Source: an uncultured Nitrososphaerales archaeon (GTDB lineage: Archaea > Thermoproteota > Nitrososphaeria > Nitrososphaerales > Nitrososphaeraceae). From it: a stretch of DNA of 64,000 bases. The position numbers and the translations under genes are program-made. The stretch is taken from contig CAVOHZ010000010.1 in NCBI GenBank assembly GCA_963695855.1, forward strand, positions 928,001 to 992,000, in the 5' to 3' direction. Shown here in pieces: positions 33,128-44,349 of the stretch (its first letter is position 1; every line of letters starts with the position of its first letter). The notes under the pieces were generated by a model. That model saw only the letters and a program-made list of their open reading frames with translations, was not told the origin of the DNA and searched no databases.

Positions 33128-33736
33128 TTATCTCCTAAATGAGTTACCAAGGAACGAATTTTTCGGATATTTATATTTGGGTATTTTTGGTACTATTATT
33201 CCTTTATCCACATATTTGCAATTACCCGATACGCGGTCATGTTCCAAGGAATTAAAATCTTTGATTTTGTCTTTTTTATCACATATAAATTTATCAGATC
33301 CTCCACCGCCAGACATCTGATCCTTTCCGAGTCCACCTTCTAGAACATCATTCCCTTTACCTCCGTCTATTTCGTCATCTCCTTCTGCACCGTAAATCTG
33401 GTCGTCTCCAGAGTCGCCATTAACTTCATCGTCACCCGGTCCACCTTCTAGAACATCATTCCCTTTACCTCCGTCTATTTTGTCATTTCCTTCATTTCCA
33501 TGCAGGGTATCATCTCCTTTACTACCATCAATTGTATCATCTCCCGAACCACCTTTAAGTTTGTCATCTAATTCCGTTCCTTCTATTATAACATGAGCTG
33601 TTGGTGTAGCAACTCCAGGAAAACTGGTATTTTCGGATTCGTTATCTACGACCTCTTGGGCTTCTATATTAGTATAACCTATGGCTACCAATATTATTAA
33701 TGAAATGATGAAAAGGTATGACTTCACAGATATCAA
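33128..33736 (-). CDS. Secreted RTX/hemolysin-type Ca-binding repeat protein (paralog)
   Basis: GGxGNDxL repeats; internal direct repeat with 108-bp period. Confidence 0.9.
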   Translation of the reverse strand: MISVKSYLFIISLIILVAIGYTNIEAQEVVDNESENTSFPGVATPTAHVIIEGTELDDKLKGGSGDDTIDGSKGDDTLHGNEGNDKIDGGKGNDVLEGGPGDDEVNGDSGDDQIYGAEGDDEIDGGKGNDVLEGGLGKDQMSGGGGSDKFICDKKDKIKDFNSLEHDRVSGNCKYVDKGIIVPKIPKYKYPKNSFLGNSFRR

Positions 33737-34403
33737 TTATTTTTATCGACATTTTACTAATAGCATTCCCATTTAAAATAGGTATGTTAAAATTATTCTA
33801 AAAAAAATATCTTAAAAATCTTATATCATTGTTTATAGTAACTTTTTTCCTTAATTTAAGATTTAGTGATACATATTTCCAATAAAGCTAAATACGAAAG
33901 GATCACGTTTGTTTTAATTTTATTCAAAATATTTAAAATAACAATATTAACAAAATAAATCTGTCAACAAATATTTTATATTTGTGCAAGTAAATATTAT
34001 AATAAACTTAAAATTATACAGTGTTTTTTTTATTTCATTTTTCATTTTGAAGGATTAGATTTTATCTTTTTATTTTTTTAAGAACTCGATATAATATTGC
34101 TGTTATTTCATCTCTTTCAATAATAAATGCTACAAACAGAATTAAAAATTTATAAAAAAAATTTTAAATACGGATTAAATCGAATTTAAATTCTCATAAT
34201 ATCTAATCGCTACCCTTATATTAATTAGGTTACATTTATTCAATAAAAATATTTTTATCTTTGATATTTATCTGAAATCATAATTTTTCTAAATGAATGT
34301 TTTTTATTATTTGATCATCAGTTCGCATATTCCCAAAATTTGTATCAACATATTGGTTACTTCCATTTCCTTTTCTCAAATAGCAGAATAACAAGATTTT
34401 GGT

Positions 34404-35258
34404 CTATCCTTTCAATGAACCTGCTGTAAGACCTTGGATGAGTTGTTTTTGAAACAATAACATCAACACGACAATGGGTATCAATGCTATGTTAATTCCA
34501 GCAGTCAGATAACCCCATTCTATTCTGTAAATAGAAATAAATTGATATAATGCTACCTGAAAAACTAGTGAATCAGGTCTATTTGACAAAACTATTGGAA
34601 GAAGAAATTCGTTCCAGGAAAATCTAAAAGCTAAAACTGATGCAATAGCAAGTCCTGGTGTAGATAATGGGATGATTATTCTTCTCAGTATTCCAAACCT
34701 AGAACATCCATCTACCAGGGCAGCCTCTTCTAGCTCCTGTGGTATAGTTTCAAAATAGTTTTTCAAAAGAAAGATGTTAAGGGGGATAATCAAAATCTGA
34801 AAAGTAATCATAAGTGTAAATATAGAGTTTAGTAATCCTACTTGTGATAACATAAGGTATAAAGGAATTATATTTATGATGATAGGGATCATAAAAAGAC
34901 CAAGCACTATACTTAAAAGTATGTTCTTTCCTCTAAATTTGAACCTGGCAAAAGCATAACCTCCTAGGGCACTTATGAGCACGCTTAGTCCAGTACTTCC
35001 TAAACTAACAAGTAGGCTATTTATCAAACTATGAAGCAGACGCGGTTCCGTAATTACAAAAATATAGTTTTCTAAGGTTGGATCAGAAGGGAGAATCTTT
35101 GGAGGAAGAGAGACAGCCACATCATTAGATTTTAAAGAGGCAGAGAATACCCATGCTAGAGGAACCAAAGTTATAAAGATGTAAATGAATATGACAGAAT
35201 AAATCAGCCATTTATCAGTCAAGACTAATTTTGATTTATTTCCAGAACTGTTTTTCAT
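34404..35258 (-). CDS. Carbohydrate ABC permease, MalG-like
   Basis: EAA motif ELEEAALVDG; C-terminal GLTAGSLKG. Confidence 0.93.
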   Translation of the reverse strand: MKNSSGNKSKLVLTDKWLIYSVIFIYIFITLVPLAWVFSASLKSNDVAVSLPPKILPSDPTLENYIFVITEPRLLHSLINSLLVSLGSTGLSVLISALGGYAFARFKFRGKNILLSIVLGLFMIPIIINIIPLYLMLSQVGLLNSIFTLMITFQILIIPLNIFLLKNYFETIPQELEEAALVDGCSRFGILRRIIIPLSTPGLAIASVLAFRFSWNEFLLPIVLSNRPDSLVFQVALYQFISIYRIEWGYLTAGINIALIPIVVLMLLFQKQLIQGLTAGSLKG

Positions 35259-36133
35259 AACTCGCTTCTCCTATTAAAAATTTTTATGTAAGTTAAAGTT
35301 AGAAGCAGATTCATAATTATCAAAAAAATGCCGATAGTTGCTCCACCCGAGAATGAACCAAATTCAAATGCCTGCCTGTACATGTATAGCGAGATGGTGG
35401 TAGTCGAAAACAACGGACCTCCTCCAGTCATGATAAGCTGTAAATCAAAGAAATTTATACTCCATACTGTTATAAGAATAAGATTTGTAACCATAAATTG
35501 TCTTAAAAGTGGGATCGTTATGAAAAAAAACCTCTTTATCTTTGTTGCTCCATCTATTAGTGCAGCTTCATAAAGAAGAGGGTTAATTGACTGAAGGCCT
35601 GCAGTCAAAAACAAAATCGTGAAGGGAGTACCGTACCAAATATTTGTTAAAACTATAGACCAAATGGCGATATTTGGATCGGAAAGCCATCCGACAGTGT
35701 CCAATCCTATCTGCTTCAAGAGATAATTCAGAATTCCAAAATTATCATCATACATGAATTTAAAAGAGAAAGCAGTTATTACGGTTGAAACACTCCATGG
35801 AATTATTAACAACATTCTGAAGATATTAGTTCCTTTTATTTTTTGATTGAGTAAAATAGCTAGAACAAGTCCTATGGTAAATTGAGCTAGAACCGACCCA
35901 CCAGCAAAAAATAAAGTTAGTTTTAAAGATTCATAAAATTTAGGTTCTGTTAGAAGGTCAATAAAATTTTTTAATCCAACAAATTCCCAATCTTTTAAAA
36001 TGGTCAAAATCGACACATTATGAATTGATACATAAATATTCCATATTAGAGGAAACAATAATAATACAACTAGAATTAGTAAGCTCGGAAGCAGATATAA
36101 ATATGGTTCAATGGTTGCTCTGTTACTTGGCAT
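35255..36133 (-). CDS. Carbohydrate ABC permease, MalF-like
   Basis: FVGLKNF, LYEAALIDGA; ATGA-type overlap with the next gene. Confidence 0.93.
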   Translation of the reverse strand: MPSNRATIEPYLYLLPSLLILVVLLLFPLIWNIYVSIHNVSILTILKDWEFVGLKNFIDLLTEPKFYESLKLTLFFAGGSVLAQFTIGLVLAILLNQKIKGTNIFRMLLIIPWSVSTVITAFSFKFMYDDNFGILNYLLKQIGLDTVGWLSDPNIAIWSIVLTNIWYGTPFTILFLTAGLQSINPLLYEAALIDGATKIKRFFFITIPLLRQFMVTNLILITVWSINFFDLQLIMTGGGPLFSTTTISLYMYRQAFEFGSFSGGATIGIFLIIMNLLLTLTYIKIFNRRSEL

Positions 36134-36217
36134 TTCGAATATCGTAGTTAAAATATTTAAAAAATTACGGACGTTAGTTTAATATTACTTTTTATTTTAA
36201 TTTGAATTTTGTTTTCA

Positions 36218-37582
36218 CTACTTCCATCCAAGCACTTTCATTGAATCTTCTACTGCTTTATCAAGAGACTGTTTCGGATCCGCTCCTTGATAGACTTCTT
36301 CAATTGCTGTGCGTATGTGATCTGCAATTTGTGGATATTCAGGAATGTTGGGTCTACCTTTGGCGTAAGGAATAAGTGAAATCAGCTCTTCATAATATGG
36401 AATAGTAGATTTCATTTCTTTCGAGTAATTTCCTTCTGCAATGCTCTTCTGCGTAGGTAGATAGCCTTCTTTCAAAAGCATAGGCATAAGAACATCAGGA
36501 TCTAACATAATAGTGATTAATTCCCATGCAAGGTCTTTATGTTTGGAAGTTTCAGGAATGCTAAATAGCCATCCTCCCATCATGGTAGATGTTTTAGTGC
36601 TATTTTTAGGAACAGGAAACATTGTTATCAAACCTATTTTATCTTTCAGATTCTTCCATTCTTCTTTTGGGAAATGACCTAGAATCCATGATCCTTCTAA
36701 CATTACAGCAAATTTTTTATCTGCAAACTCTTGACCCCAAAAATGGTTTATTTGAGGTTTAATGCCGGTGTTAATTTGATCCCTTAAAAATTCAAGTGCC
36801 ATTACACCTTGTTTACTATTGTACGTTGGAAACCAGTAATTTCCTTTTGATGGATGACCATCTCTTAATTCTAATATGTTACCACCTAACATCCATAAAT
36901 ACGGATACCACATATCAGGTACATGATTTGCACTGGTCAGATGTATTGGTTGAATATTCTTATCAGGTAGTTTTTCCGATAATATTTTAAATCCTTGTAG
37001 ATATCCATCCCATGTTTTTAGTTTTTCAGGTGATAAGCCGGACTGATTCAACAGGTCTTTCCAATACCATAGTGCTCTGACATCTGTCCATGCCCATATT
37101 CCATATACTTTGTCTTTATATATGCCTCCAAGCCAGTTATTTTCGTACCAGTCTGAAGACTTATTCCATACTTTTGTCTTTTCAGTTATATCCGTTAGAA
37201 ATCCTGCCTCGGCAAATTCACCCAGCCAAATCTGATCAAGTGAAACAAGATCCAATTCTGACTTGCCAGCCATAGCCGTAAGAATTTGTGTTCTTGTATC
37301 TGAATATGGTAGAATACTATATTCAATTTGTATTTTTTTGTCAGGATGTTTTTCGTTTAATTTCTCTAGAGCCTTTTCAACGAGTATATCCCATCTATCT
37401 TTGGGTTCAGCAAAAATGGCAGTCAGTGTAATGGACTCTTGCTGACTATAAGAATCAATTATCATTACTGGATTGAAAACAGAAATACTACAAAATAGTG
37501 AAAGTGGTACGAGTAATAAAATTGCTATATTTTTCGGTTGAGGAAATTTTATAATATGAGTTTCATTACTACTAGACATCAA
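36218..37582 (-). CDS. Sugar ABC transporter substrate-binding protein
   Basis: DQIWLGEFAEAGFL, MMGGW, SKHKDLAWELI. Confidence 0.9.
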   Translation of the reverse strand: MMSSSNETHIIKFPQPKNIAILLLVPLSLFCSISVFNPVMIIDSYSQQESITLTAIFAEPKDRWDILVEKALEKLNEKHPDKKIQIEYSILPYSDTRTQILTAMAGKSELDLVSLDQIWLGEFAEAGFLTDITEKTKVWNKSSDWYENNWLGGIYKDKVYGIWAWTDVRALWYWKDLLNQSGLSPEKLKTWDGYLQGFKILSEKLPDKNIQPIHLTSANHVPDMWYPYLWMLGGNILELRDGHPSKGNYWFPTYNSKQGVMALEFLRDQINTGIKPQINHFWGQEFADKKFAVMLEGSWILGHFPKEEWKNLKDKIGLITMFPVPKNSTKTSTMMGGWLFSIPETSKHKDLAWELITIMLDPDVLMPMLLKEGYLPTQKSIAEGNYSKEMKSTIPYYEELISLIPYAKGRPNIPEYPQIADHIRTAIEEVYQGADPKQSLDKAVEDSMKVLGWK

Positions 37583-37707
37583 ACAATAACCAAGACGATA
37601 TTTTTTAAGGTTATCTATAGGCTATTATGATCTAGAAATGATTAGATAAAGCTAATGAAAATGACTAAAATTAAATAATATAGAAAGTCTAGATAACTTG
37701 ATATTAT

Positions 37708-38820
37708 CTGTCAAGGGTCAGGGTAACGGGATTAAGCAAGAAATACGGAAACTTTACAGCAATTGAAAATTTTTCAATCCAAATAGCAGATGGTGAATTC
37801 TTAGTATTATTGGGTCCTTCTGGATGTGGGAAAACAACAATCATACGATGTATATCTGGACTAATAAACCCTACTGATGGACAAATATTTATAGACGACA
37901 AATTGGTGAATGGAATTCCTCCAAAAGATCGCGATGTTGCGGTAGTTTTCCAGAATTATGCACTATATCCTCATATGACAGTCCACGACAACATCGCATT
38001 TCCTCTGAAAATGAGAAAATTATCTAAAGAAGAAATTAAAGATAAAGTAATAAAAATCTCTCAAATGCTGGGCATTTCAGAGTTGCTAAAAAGAAAACCT
38101 AGAGAATTAAGTGGAGGTCAAATGCAGAGGGTAGCATTAGGAAGAGCGTTAGTCAGAGAACCTAAACTATTTTTGTTAGATGAACCTCTAAGCAATCTAG
38201 ATTCAAAACTGAGGATACAAATGAGATCAGAAATAAAAAAACTTCAAAAACGTGTCGGCGTTACTACAATATACATTACTCATGATCAGACAGAAGCAAT
38301 GGGTATGGCGGACAAAATAGTTATCTTAAATGAGGGAATAATTCAACAGGTAGGTACTCCAGAGGAAGTTTATAAAAAGCCACAGAATATTTTTGTTGCA
38401 AATTTTATAGGAAATCCTCAAATAAATATCTTGAATTTTGAGACAATAAGAAAGGAAGATGGTCAACTAATTTCCTTGAAATCTGAGAATATGTCGATAA
38501 ACATTCCTAAGATATGGTATGATGTACTTTCGTCTTTTGGAGACTCTATAAAAAATATATCCCTGGGTATCAGGCCAAAAGATATATTTTTAGCTGATTA
38601 TAGTAATTCTAATTCTATGCATTTCAAAGGAGAACTTTGCTTTGTGGAAATGCTAGGAGATGAAACAATATATGAATTTAAACTTGAAAATAATAGTATC
38701 ATTCATGTAAGTAATTTATCTGTAGATTCTTCTCTTAAAAATGGCACCACACTCATTTTGGAAACCAAGTATGAAGATATCCTCCTCTTCAATGCCGATA
38801 CCGGAATTAGAATTTTATAA
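37708..38820 (+). CDS. Sugar ABC transporter ATP-binding subunit, MalK-like
   Basis: GPSGCGKTT, VFQNYALYPH, LSGGQMQR, DEPLSNLD; frame extends upstream of 37810 to CTG at 37708. Confidence 0.93.
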   Translation: MSRVRVTGLSKKYGNFTAIENFSIQIADGEFLVLLGPSGCGKTTIIRCISGLINPTDGQIFIDDKLVNGIPPKDRDVAVVFQNYALYPHMTVHDNIAFPLKMRKLSKEEIKDKVIKISQMLGISELLKRKPRELSGGQMQRVALGRALVREPKLFLLDEPLSNLDSKLRIQMRSEIKKLQKRVGVTTIYITHDQTEAMGMADKIVILNEGIIQQVGTPEEVYKKPQNIFVANFIGNPQINILNFETIRKEDGQLISLKSENMSINIPKIWYDVLSSFGDSIKNISLGIRPKDIFLADYSNSNSMHFKGELCFVEMLGDETIYEFKLENNSIIHVSNLSVDSSLKNGTTLILETKYEDILLFNADTGIRIL

Positions 38821-38821
38821 T

Positions 38822-39448
38822 CTAAAAGATAAATCTTCTAGGCTTGATAAATCCAAATTTTTTTTGGAAAATTAATTTATTCCAATCAATTAATAGTATT
38901 AGGATAGTCATAATTATACCTGCAACATCTATCCATATTACAGAAGCAAAGCTCAGATCTATGTTTTCTGTAATTGAAAGTAAAATGTTTTTTGATAAAT
39001 AAATCATTAGCAGATATACCGAGAATCTTCCAATCCAGAAACCTGCTATTACCTGTAATGATCGAACTTTCATAAGTCCGTAAGAAACAAAGAGCATGTT
39101 GCTTGGCAATGGTAATAAGGCAAAAAGCATAGTTCCTAAAAAGTATCCATATTTTTTCCTTTCCAAATAATCTTTTAGTTTGGCCAGACTAGATTTACGT
39201 TCGTCATTTATTACTTTTCTTCCTATAGAAGAAAATCTCATCAGTAAAAATCTTCCTAATGTAGCAGCTGATGCACCAATTACTGAAAGAAGAACAGCAT
39301 CCAAAGAAGGATTTAAAGTATAAGACATAACCACTATTGCCCATGTTGGGGGAGTGAGAATGGGTATGATACTTATAACAAATATAATTGCAAGAACGAA
39401 TAGATATGAATTTTCTGAAGACAAGAATAGTTCATTTAGGAAGTCCAA
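38822..39448 (-). CDS. Membrane protein, DedA/VTT-like
   Basis: Multiple TM segments; IPILTPP, FALLPLPS, GFWIGR. Confidence 0.7.
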   Translation of the reverse strand: MDFLNELFLSSENSYLFVLAIIFVISIIPILTPPTWAIVVMSYTLNPSLDAVLLSVIGASAATLGRFLLMRFSSIGRKVINDERKSSLAKLKDYLERKKYGYFLGTMLFALLPLPSNMLFVSYGLMKVRSLQVIAGFWIGRFSVYLLMIYLSKNILLSITENIDLSFASVIWIDVAGIIMTILILLIDWNKLIFQKKFGFIKPRRFIF

Positions 39449-39946
39449 ATAATACTAGTTCTTTAAAGGTTGGCGGGTCTATTATTTCTTGAGCAATAAT
39501 CTATAATAAATATCTATGAATCCACTGAAATGATCTTTTCAACGCGTATAATTGTCTTTCCAATTATAATTAGATGGATTATTTTATTATTATAAGACAT
39601 TATGATTCAGATATTTTGTTGAAATTTTAATTTGGTTTTAAGAATATAGATTCAGTGATTGATGACCATGCTCATATAATTTGATGGTTGTATTAGAATT
39701 AATCTTTAAAAATTAAGTTTTCATTATAAAGGTTATTTTAAAACGAACTGGAAACTACTATTTTTTGACACTGGACGAATGACCTAACTAAATATATGTT
39801 TCGTCATAAAAATCGTTGTAAAATAATTATTGTAGTGAATATCTGGTTGTAGTACTTCTGTGATTCTCCAATCCTCTACATAAAATATATAAAAAAATGA
39901 CAATTTTTGGATTTTTTTATCTGACTTAAAAATGGAAAAGATTTTC

Positions 39947-40504
39947 CTATTTTTTTGTCAGTCTTATTTTTCTTCCAGAAATTCCCTGTGTTATACTATC
40001 TATTCCTATCACCAGTAAGCTGATTGATATTATCAAAGCTAAGAATATAACTCCTATCAGAGGCACTGCAAATACTATTATAGAAGCTACGATTGCAAAG
40101 CTTCCAGAAATTACTTGAAATATTCTTAACCATTTTGCTATCTCCTTTTGAGATAATCCAGTGATCACTCTAGCCACACCTATGAATAAAAGTCCTAATG
40201 CCATTAATATTAGTAAAAAGCCAGTGGTAAATCCAGGATACGTAGCAACAAGAATTCCAAATCCAATTCCAATAATTCCTAGAATAATATTTCCCATCTT
40301 TGAAGTTTTCGCAGCCGACTCTGAGGAGCTTAAACCATGAACAATCCTTTCGATACCTATAATAATCAAAATGATGGACAGGATTGTTATCATATATGCC
40401 AAAACAAGAGCAGGATTTAAAATCACATAGAGAGATAACCCTATAGCAATAATTCCAAGTATAATTTGGGCAATTCTTAAATAAGTATTACTCATATTCG
40501 TCAA
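39947..40504 (-). CDS. HdeD/DUF308 membrane protein
   Basis: Three repeated helical-hairpin units. Confidence 0.8.
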   Translation of the reverse strand: MTNMSNTYLRIAQIILGIIAIGLSLYVILNPALVLAYMITILSIILIIIGIERIVHGLSSSESAAKTSKMGNIILGIIGIGFGILVATYPGFTTGFLLILMALGLLFIGVARVITGLSQKEIAKWLRIFQVISGSFAIVASIIVFAVPLIGVIFLALIISISLLVIGIDSITQGISGRKIRLTKK

Positions 40505-41226
40505 CTTTAAGAAAGCATAATAAAATGCTTTGCTTAGCCCACATTCAAAAATTCTTTAGTTGCGCCATATTATCATTTCATTATATACCTTCTTAAATGT
40601 CACACTCATATAAGAAATCCATTTTGTGAATTTGTTCCTGTAAACAATTTATATCATAGTATCAATTTTCATAGTTGCAACAAATAGCATATATTTAAAA
40701 TAAAAAATAGTTTCATTAAATGGAATTCCTTTTCTGAAAATCGAAATAAATATACAAAAGTATTACCTTTTAAAACGTGAGATACATATACAAGGAATTA
40801 AATGCAATAATATATATTTCTAGGATTGTAAATTTATAACATATTAATTCGATAACACACATCTTAAACTTTAAAAAAAGGACTGGTTCTTATTATTCAT
40901 CAAAATTCATCCTAAATACACTATCTAACATAAATTGATACCATACAGAAGTATGTTATAATCAAACCTATCAATTTTTGACCATATTTAAGATAATATA
41001 AAATAATTTGAGTACGAGATTAGTCTAATGATGAAGATTTTATTTCAAATCCTTAGAAGGTTTATAGAATAAGAAAAACAATTAGACAAATTTAAGTTAA
41101 GCAGTATCTGGTCCTTTATTATATTATCAACATTCTCGTAATCAAGTAACAAAAATAAATATATTCAATGTATGAAATTTCTACACACTTAATAGTAATA
41201 GATATTACAACGATTTTGAATAATAA

Positions 41227-42396
41227 TTATCCTATGAAGTAGAATCCAATTGCAATAATGACATACACCGCAGTTAGCATTACTCCCTCAAACCAATTAC
41301 TTTTTCCATCGTGTGCAATTAGATTAAGAATAATGGCAGCAAGGAATAAAGTGACTAATTCATAAATCGTAAATTCGAGTGTAAATGGTTGATTCGTCAT
41401 TATTCCAAATATTACCAAAATAGGTACCACAAATAAAGCTATTTGAGTACCAGAACCAGCTGCTATTCCTATTGATAGATCAATCTTTCCTTTTCTTGCA
41501 AGAATAATAGCACTACTATGTTCTGCTGCATTTCCAACTATTCCAACTATGATAGCTCCTACAAATAATTCCCCAAAACCAAATTCTTTGCTGGTTTCTT
41601 CTACCGATCCCACTAAAATTTCACTTATCACAACTACACCTATCATACTTACCGCTAACATCAAAAAAGCCTTTTTCTTACTCCAGTGTTTTGCATACTT
41701 GTGATCACCAGAAGTTTCATTTTCCTCTTCTGACTGAGGAGACACAAATAAATATTTATGCGTAACAAATGTAAATATTATTCCTGCTATGTATACACCT
41801 AATAGCAAAAACGCCAGAGCATCACTCAAAAATTGAATTTTAATTTGATTCTCGATATCGACAGGTTTCAGTACAGTGCTGGATAGAACAGTTGGAATTG
41901 CTAATCCTATTATTGCCAAGAAGATCATCGTTGACTGAAGTCCTGCATTTTGTATACTGAAAAGTTGTTCCTTTCTTCTAATACCTCCAACAATCATACT
42001 CAAACCGAAAATTAACATTATATTTCCAAGGATGGCGCCAGTTATTGATGCCTTCACTAGATCTAATAAACCAGCATTAATAGCTACTACTGCAATTATT
42101 ATTTCCGCAGCATTTCCAAATGTCACATTTAGTAGAGAACCTAGAGTAGAACCGTAATGAGTAGAAAGATGTTCAGTAGAATCTCCTATTAACTTTGCAA
42201 GTGGTAATAATGCTATTACTGCAATAATAAATAAGATAATGTGATTTGCATGGAGTAAATCTAATATAATGGCAACAGGCACAAAGATTAAAAGAAAGAA
42301 AAAGATAGATGATTTTGTAAATTTTATCATTGTATTTTTGATACAAGTATACTGTAATATTTGAGTGTTTATTAGATTTTGCATGAATTTCTGCAA
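41227..42396 (-). CDS. cax: Ca2+/H+ antiporter
   Basis: Two GNAAE alpha-repeat motifs and DGKSNWFEG; true start probably the ATG at 42330. Confidence 0.93.
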   Translation of the reverse strand: MQKFMQNLINTQILQYTCIKNTMIKFTKSSIFFFLLIFVPVAIILDLLHANHIILFIIAVIALLPLAKLIGDSTEHLSTHYGSTLGSLLNVTFGNAAEIIIAVVAINAGLLDLVKASITGAILGNIMLIFGLSMIVGGIRRKEQLFSIQNAGLQSTMIFLAIIGLAIPTVLSSTVLKPVDIENQIKIQFLSDALAFLLLGVYIAGIIFTFVTHKYLFVSPQSEEENETSGDHKYAKHWSKKKAFLMLAVSMIGVVVISEILVGSVEETSKEFGFGELFVGAIIVGIVGNAAEHSSAIILARKGKIDLSIGIAAGSGTQIALFVVPILVIFGIMTNQPFTLEFTIYELVTLFLAAIILNLIAHDGKSNWFEGVMLTAVYVIIAIGFYFIG

Positions 42397-42654
42397 TATT
42401 ATTGAATAGAATATTTGTGATTGTTTTATCTTTAATTATCTTTACAAAAAATATTTATTAAAAAAATTATATTAAAAATTTTAAGATTTGACATTACTTC
42501 CCAGAAAATAGATCATCACATAAACTAATAAACATTATAATTTAATTTATCATTTATGTTTATTCTAATAGCCACTTATTACATTATATTATATATTACT
42601 CATAATAAAAATTAATTAAATTTTATAAAATATTTAAAAACCCCTTTTTATATT

Positions 42655-43353
42655 TTAGATAATTGCTAAAGCTCTAATAGGAGAACCAGTTGCACCCATA
42701 ATTTTCAGAGGAACGGCGATGAATGTAAAATTATTTTTAATAATCTTTTCTAGGTTACAAAGATTCTCTATTATAATAATATTATTTTTTAGGAGTGCCT
42801 GATGTGCTATAAAGGAATTATCTTTACCTACATCTATACTTGGACTATCTATCGCCACTGTATTGATCTTATTATCTATCAAATAAGTAGCAGCTTCTAT
42901 CGATAGACCTGGATTAGAAGACATATAATTATCAGAATAATAGTGTTTTTCCCATCCAGTTGAAAATACGATTGAATCTCCTGTTTTGATGGATACACCA
43001 CTATTGACAATATCTTCTAACGAGATCAATTCATTTTGATCCTTATGAATTCTAATTATATGTGTACTTGACATAAAGAACCTATTCACGTCTATCTTAT
43101 CAACAGAATAACCTTCCTTGATAAAATGAGATGGTGCATCCATATGCGTCCCTGTATGAGTACTTAAAAACATTGCTTCTAAATTATAACCTTGAATTTC
43201 ATATTTTGACCATTTTATAAATGCGACCTCAGGCGAACCTGGAAATTGCTTGAGTGTTTGAGAGATTGATTGAGTTAGATCAATTATCATCAAAATAGGA
43301 CTCCATCTCTTAGTTATAAATTCTCTTGTAAATTGAAAAAATAGGAATTCCAA
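42655..43353 (-). CDS. Cyclase/kynurenine formamidase family metal hydrolase
   Basis: HTGTHMDAPSHF, IIENL, GATGSPIRA. Confidence 0.9.
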   Translation of the reverse strand: MEFLFFQFTREFITKRWSPILMIIDLTQSISQTLKQFPGSPEVAFIKWSKYEIQGYNLEAMFLSTHTGTHMDAPSHFIKEGYSVDKIDVNRFFMSSTHIIRIHKDQNELISLEDIVNSGVSIKTGDSIVFSTGWEKHYYSDNYMSSNPGLSIEAATYLIDNKINTVAIDSPSIDVGKDNSFIAHQALLKNNIIIIENLCNLEKIIKNNFTFIAVPLKIMGATGSPIRALAII

Positions 43354-43697
43354 GATTTAAAAAAAGCATTTTACAATCTTTTTGCTTGTTCTTGTAATGT
43401 TATATTTGTATTTTTATGACTGCTATATCAATATCCCGTACGGTGATAGCACAATATGTTACCGTTTTTAATTAGTATATCTGATTATATTATAAAAGGA
43501 GAATTTGGATCAGAAATAATATCTGCTGTATAACTGCTATTACTTGTTTATAATGTGCTCAGTGGTATTTTTTCGTAAGATCTGTTTAATAAATATTATT
43601 GTAATAAAGTATAAAATAAAAAAATTTACATTTATCCCAATGGAATTAATACAAAATCTAATGTATTAATTCCTAAAAATTATATGATATTCTTTGT

Positions 43698-44027
43698 CTA
43701 AATATTCAATCCACTATTTCTGGAAGGGCCAAAATGTTTCTCCACTTCCTCTAACCTTTGTATTACACCCTCTTTTTTTCGTAGATCAAAAAAAGAAGAA
43801 TCATCATGAATTTTCTGCAAAAAATCTTGAACTTCTTCACTTGTTACTCCATGTTTAATATCGTGATTTATTTTTCCACAAGTGCGATATATATTATTAA
43901 ATCTTTTATGTTGTCTCTTTTCCCAGTGTGATGGATTAGGAGATAGTCCTGTTACAAACTTTACAATAGTTTTCTCCATATGTTTAATATGCCAGTCTCT
44001 CATTGGAAAATTATTATATACTGTCAT
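43698..44027 (-). CDS. Conserved hypothetical protein, paralog of 22051-22371
   Basis: NNFPMRDWHIKHMEKTIVKF...DIKHGV. Confidence 0.75.
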   Translation of the reverse strand: MTVYNNFPMRDWHIKHMEKTIVKFVTGLSPNPSHWEKRQHKRFNNIYRTCGKINHDIKHGVTSEEVQDFLQKIHDDSSFFDLRKKEGVIQRLEEVEKHFGPSRNSGLNI

Positions 44028-44349
44028 AATTTATAAACGCCAATCTTGTATATATATTAATCTATCAAGTGATTCTCGTAAGAACATATTTTCTCAATTT
44101 AATTATTATAAAATTCACGTAATGTATTTGCTTTCATTTGATTCATTCAATTTATAATTCTTACATTTTATATGAGAAATGGTTTGTTATCGATTTACCT
44201 TTTTGCCGATTGAAGTTGGAATTTCTTATTATTACAATAATATAAGAGAAATGATGATTTATCCAATTTATCTTGAAAATCCTGAAGGAAATGGCGATAT
44301 TTAGATGATATCTAACATTATATTATAGATAAGTAGTAATTATGATACA

